NCBI GenBank assembly: GCA_037130865.1
Contig: JBAXSG010000001.1
Coordinates: forward strand, 41,429 to 105,428
Direction of reading: 5' to 3'
DNA: 64,000 bases
Origin: Candidatus Tayloriibacteriota bacterium
GTDB lineage: Bacteria; Patescibacteriota; Minisyncoccia; Phycocordibacterales; PALSA-1337
Positions 60,165 through 64,000 of the stretch are shown piece after piece (the first letter of the stretch is position 1; every line of letters starts with the position of its first letter). Made by a program: the position numbers and the translations under genes. The notes below the pieces were generated by a model. The model did not search any database. It saw nothing but the letters and a program-made list of their open reading frames with translations, and had not been told where the DNA came from.

Positions 60165-60695
60165 TTATTCTGCGTTTGTGAAGACTTCTTGAACCTCATC
60201 ATTGTTTTCTAGATCTTCTACGATTTTTCCCAACTTTTCTATGTCGGCATCTTCCAAAGGAGTTGTGGTTGTGGCTTGCCATCCTTCATGTGTTTTTGTA
60301 AATGCCCACGAGGCGCTTCCTTGAGCTGCCAATTCGAGTTCATGTAGAGCCAATATGTGTTTAATCTCTTGTGCAGCCTTGTTTTTGTTATCAGTTAAGG
60401 CTTCTATGAGGATTGCTACGCCACCAGGACCGTAAGACTCATAGAGGTGCAGTTCCATAGCTGTACTGTTGTCGGTGGAACCTTTTTTCACCGCACGATC
60501 GATCGTGTCGTTTGGTAGGTTTTCTTTGCGGGCTTTGTCTATCGCGGCAGCGAGACCTGGAGAGAGGATGTTGCCTTTGGCTTTCTTCGACTCTACTGTT
60601 ATAAGACGGACGAATTTACCAAAAGCTTTGCTCTTTTGAGCGTCGTTTTTGGCTTTCAAGTGCTTTATTTTTGAGAATTTATTGTGTCCGGACAT
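60165..60695 (-). CDS. yebC: YebC/PmpR family protein (short form)
   Basis: MSGHNKFSKIKH, YESYGPGGVAILIEALTDN, DEVQEVFTN. Confidence 0.93.
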   Translation of the reverse strand: MSGHNKFSKIKHLKAKNDAQKSKAFGKFVRLITVESKKAKGNILSPGLAAAIDKARKENLPNDTIDRAVKKGSTDNSTAMELHLYESYGPGGVAILIEALTDNKNKAAQEIKHILALHELELAAQGSASWAFTKTHEGWQATTTTPLEDADIEKLGKIVEDLENNDEVQEVFTNAE

Positions 60696-60729
60696 GGTCG
60701 TTGTTGGTTATGGTGGTATTATACACGAA

Positions 60730-61047
60730 ATGAAGAAGATTTATATCAACCCTAGAATAATACAAGCGATGAGGCTTTCTGAAAATGAGAAGGTTGTTTG
60801 GAGTGTACTTCTTGGCCAGCAGTTCGGTAAAACTCCTGGGAGGATTGCTAGGTTGGCGGGAATCCCTAGAACAACGGTTGCTTATATACTCAAAAAATTT
60901 CATAAATATGGACTTGTTATAAGAGAGGTAGGCGTTTCTGGACACAGGTGTCCTGTTTGGAGATACAAGAAAGGATTGGAGTTTATGCATTATAAAAACA
61001 AAGAAGACAAAGTTCCTTTGGAAATAAGGTTTGATCACGAATGTTAA
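60730..61047 (+). CDS. winged-helix HTH protein (TrmB-like)
   Basis: LSENEKVVW...TPGRIARLAGIPRTTVAYILKKFHKYGLV. Confidence 0.7.
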   Translation: MKKIYINPRIIQAMRLSENEKVVWSVLLGQQFGKTPGRIARLAGIPRTTVAYILKKFHKYGLVIREVGVSGHRCPVWRYKKGLEFMHYKNKEDKVPLEIRFDHEC

Positions 61048-61101
61048 GTTTTGAGCCGTATTTTTGTGCCTAGGGGGGCACAAGCAATTCGAGCACATAT
61101 G

Positions 61102-61192
61102 CGAAAACGACGAAATTTTCGTCAAAAACGCCGCGCAACCCAGGCCTAGAATTAGACCTAACTATAGCCACGAAAATGACGAACTTTTCGTC
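61102..61192. repeat. two 22-bp repeats, each with a 15-bp palindromic core
   Basis: CGAAAACGACGAAATTTTCGTC at 61102 and CGAAAATGACGAACTTTTCGTC at 61171, 20/22 identical. Confidence 0.75.
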
Positions 61193-61265
61193 GTTTTTCC
61201 ATATGGTGTCGCGGAGCATGTGTCCCACCAGCCTCCTTTTTGTTTTTATGAGAAAATTGTGGCCA

Positions 61266-62318
61266 CTAAAGCAACTTCGCCGATCCTGGCCGGCCACCCT
61301 TCACACCAATATGCCCATACGCCTTCTCAGTTGCTGTGCGACCACGCGGTGTTCGTTCAAGCAAACCAAGCTGTATCAAATACGGCTCATAAACTTCCTC
61401 AATCGTCGCCATCTCTTCAGACAAAGCGGCAGCAATAGTATTTAGTCCGACTGGCCCACCACCAAACTTATTTATAATCACTTTCAAAATATCACGATCG
61501 GCGCCAGTGAGTCCGATTTTATCGACACCCAACATATCCAAAGAAGCTTCAACAACATCTTTATTCAAATCCTTTTTTTGTATTTGTGCCAAGTCACGAC
61601 TCCTTTTCAGATGATAATTGGCTGTTCGAGGGGTGAATCGTGAACGGACAGCGATCTCAGCCAAAGCTTCAGGTTGAGCCTTTATTCCTAAAATCTTCGC
61701 AGAGCGACGGACAATCTCAGCTATTTCTTCATTTGAATAAAACTCCAACTTGAAGACTCCACCAGAGAAGCGTGAACGCAAAGGCGCAGATATCATAGCC
61801 ACACGCGTGGTTGCAGCTATCAAAGTAAATGGTGGCAACTCAAGTTGTATTGTTCTTGCTGAAGGTCCTTTGCCGATGATGATATCGAGAGTACCAGATT
61901 CCATAGCAGGGTAGAGAACCTCCTCAATAGCTTTGTTAAGACGGTGGATCTCGTCGATAAACAAAATATCTCCAGCCGACAAATTTGTCAGGATAGAAGC
62001 AAGGTCGCCAACTTTGAGAATTGCCGGACCGGAAGTGACTTTGATTTGCGCGCCAGTCTCTTTTGCGATCAAATGAGCAAGAGTCGTCTTTCCAAGTCCT
62101 GGAGGACCATAGAAAAGTATGTGTTCTGGTGGATGGTTGCGCTCTTTTGCAGCCGTAAGGAGGATACGCAGGTTTTCTTTTGTGTTTTTCTGGCCGATAT
62201 AGTCATCCCAGCGAGTTGGTCGTAGGGTTTGGTCTAGAAAACCAGTCTCTTTTTCATCCACGGCCACTGGAGGTGTCTTTGCGGCTCTGTTTGGCTGTTT
62301 TTTATTTTCTCTTGACAT
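61266..62318 (-). CDS. ruvB: Holliday junction helicase RuvB
   Basis: [47 protein letters not shown]. Confidence 0.97.
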   Translation of the reverse strand: MSRENKKQPNRAAKTPPVAVDEKETGFLDQTLRPTRWDDYIGQKNTKENLRILLTAAKERNHPPEHILFYGPPGLGKTTLAHLIAKETGAQIKVTSGPAILKVGDLASILTNLSAGDILFIDEIHRLNKAIEEVLYPAMESGTLDIIIGKGPSARTIQLELPPFTLIAATTRVAMISAPLRSRFSGGVFKLEFYSNEEIAEIVRRSAKILGIKAQPEALAEIAVRSRFTPRTANYHLKRSRDLAQIQKKDLNKDVVEASLDMLGVDKIGLTGADRDILKVIINKFGGGPVGLNTIAAALSEEMATIEEVYEPYLIQLGLLERTPRGRTATEKAYGHIGVKGGRPGSAKLL

Positions 62319-62359
62319 AATAGATAGTTTATGCTAGACTTATGGAGGTTACAAATGGA

Positions 62360-62545
62360 GGGCTGAAAAGCCCAAAACTCGAGCTTATGAATCTCTAAGC
62401 AATGGCCTTCCCAGGTTTGGGCATAGTGCTAAGGACATTTTGGTCATTACGCTTGTCGTAATGCCACTGGAATTATCCTCGGGACTCTGCCTCGCTTCCG
62501 ACATCACGTCGAAAGATTTTGCTTAGAGACTCTTGTGCTTGAGTC
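62360..62545. ncRNA. candidate structured RNA upstream of ruvB
   Basis: Long-range inverted repeat TCTCTAAGCAA/TTGCTTAGAGA enclosing several hairpins; no ORF of 60 aa or more. Confidence 0.35.
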
Positions 62546-62630
62546 TAACTTTACCTGAACCTATCCTACCGTTTTAGCTATACAAAAAGCAATTGACAGT
62601 AGGGGATAATTTGAGCTGTAAGGATTTTCT

Positions 62631-64000
62631 TTAATTTTCCAAAGAGATCACACGCCTAAGTTCATCCATAGAAGTAACACCGGCCAATACTTTCGTCACA
62701 CCATCTTGTTTCATTGTTAGAAGACCTTGGCCTTTTGCGGCATCCCAGATTTCTCGATCACTTGAATTTTGTTGTACCACAGCCTCTATTTCACGAGTCA
62801 TTAATATGGCTTCATATATACCTATTCTGCCTTTGTAACCAGTTTTATTACATCGATCACAACCAACCGGAACATATATTTTCGAACGATCTGTTGGAAC
62901 AAGTGTTTTATCTTCTATGCCAGCAACAGTATCTTCGATCTCTTTTTTATCTTGTACCAAATCAATAGAGACTTCCTTTTTGCAATACTTACAAAGTCGG
63001 CGCACAAGGCGTTGTGCCATAGAAACACGCAAAGCCGAAGGAATAATTTTTGGATTTACACCAAGCTCAGCTAAACGAGGGAATGTTCCAGCGGCATCAT
63101 TTGTGTGGATGGTAGAGAAAACCAAGTGACCAGTAAGAGCTGAGTTGATGGCAATATCTGCAGTTTCATTGTCACGAATTTCACCGATCATAATAATATC
63201 TGGATCTTGGCGGACAGCAGCACGTAAACCATCGACGAATGTATAACCTTTGTCGTTGACCTGTGTCTGGACGATTCCAGGCAAGTGGTACTCAATAGGA
63301 TCTTCAATAGTGATAATCTTCACATCGCTTGTGTGGATCTTTTTCAGAAAGGCATAGAGAGTGGTGGTTTTTCCAGAACCAGTTGGTCCTGTAGTAAGAG
63401 TCATACCATCTGGGCGTTGTATTTCTTCAAGCAAGATTTTCAACAGTTTCGGATATATACCAAGCTCTTCAAGAGGAACACTGATAGATTTTGGATTCAA
63501 GAGACGCATAACAACCGACTCATCATATGCTCCTGGTAAAATAGAAACACGAACCTCAATATCACCGATAGGTAGATGAATACTAAAGCGGCCATCTTGC
63601 GAAGATTTCTTCACATTTAACTTCATACCAGAAATAAGTTTGATACGAGAGAGGAGCAGGGCATAGGTTTCATTGTCGAAACGAGTGACATCTTGCAAGA
63701 CACCATCTAGACGATAACGCAGACGAACATATTCTTCCTCTGGCTCCAAATGCATATCTGACGCCTCTAGTGCCAGTGCACCCGCCACCACAACTTCCAA
63801 AATTCGAGAAACACGGTAACTCTTTTTCATTGTTATGGTATTTTCCAGTATAGATATTACAGTTGGAAGACTTTTTGCCTTTTCCACAATGACAGATATT
63901 TCCTCGGCTGATATTTGCAATGAGCCGGCCTTACTCTCGTAAGCAAAAGAAAGGTCACGGTATCCTTTCCATGCTTTTTCAAGACTTTGTAAAGATGATA
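62631..64000 (-). CDS. second PilB/GspE-family ATPase (N-terminus beyond window)
   Basis: ASDMHLEP, QDGRF, TGPTGSGKTT, RQDPDIIMIGEIRD, CKYC...CDRC zinc motif. Confidence 0.92.
   Translation of the reverse strand, partial: SSLQSLEKAWKGYRDLSFAYESKAGSLQISAEEISVIVEKAKSLPTVISILENTITMKKSYRVSRILEVVVAGALALEASDMHLEPEEEYVRLRYRLDGVLQDVTRFDNETYALLLSRIKLISGMKLNVKKSSQDGRFSIHLPIGDIEVRVSILPGAYDESVVMRLLNPKSISVPLEELGIYPKLLKILLEEIQRPDGMTLTTGPTGSGKTTTLYAFLKKIHTSDVKIITIEDPIEYHLPGIVQTQVNDKGYTFVDGLRAAVRQDPDIIMIGEIRDNETADIAINSALTGHLVFSTIHTNDAAGTFPRLAELGVNPKIIPSALRVSMAQRLVRRLCKYCKKEVSIDLVQDKKEIEDTVAGIEDKTLVPTDRSKIYVPVGCDRCNKTGYKGRIGIYEAILMTREIEAVVQQNSSDREIWDAAKGQGLLTMKQDGVTKVLAGVTSMDELRRVISLEN

Noticed and set aside
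61102-61192. Mini CRISPR array
   Set aside because: Only two 22-bp units and no cas genes in the window.

Overview
Gene content (type IV pilus genes, a PrgI/VirB4-type cluster, short yebC, almost no biosynthesis genes, core genes without Shine-Dalgarno motifs) points to a Patescibacteria/CPR (Parcubacteria-like) chromosome segment near dnaA; this is inference. The standout is a diversity-generating retroelement (DGR) between tpiA and pgk. It has an RT (2191-3273, -), an avd-like gene on the opposite strand, a template repeat (3713-3830) and a target gene (4147-4836, -) whose variable repeat (4163-4280) differs from TR at 15 of 118 positions, all of them TR adenines. The RT start codon and an upstream avd ATG sit back to back (CAT|ATG at 3271-3276). 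That ATG is one base out of frame with avd across a C8 tract, a candidate phase-variable switch. Two more target-like genes with no matching TR lie at 1.5 kb and 11.2 kb. Other notable items: a parS and DnaA-box cluster about 29 kb from dnaA, several promoter/terminator-bounded structured non-coding segments, a nonsense-split kinase, a probably frameshifted dinD, an orphan LeuD-like gene, and strong SD motifs restricted to orphan genes. All family calls come from motif recognition by eye; no database search or folding was run.
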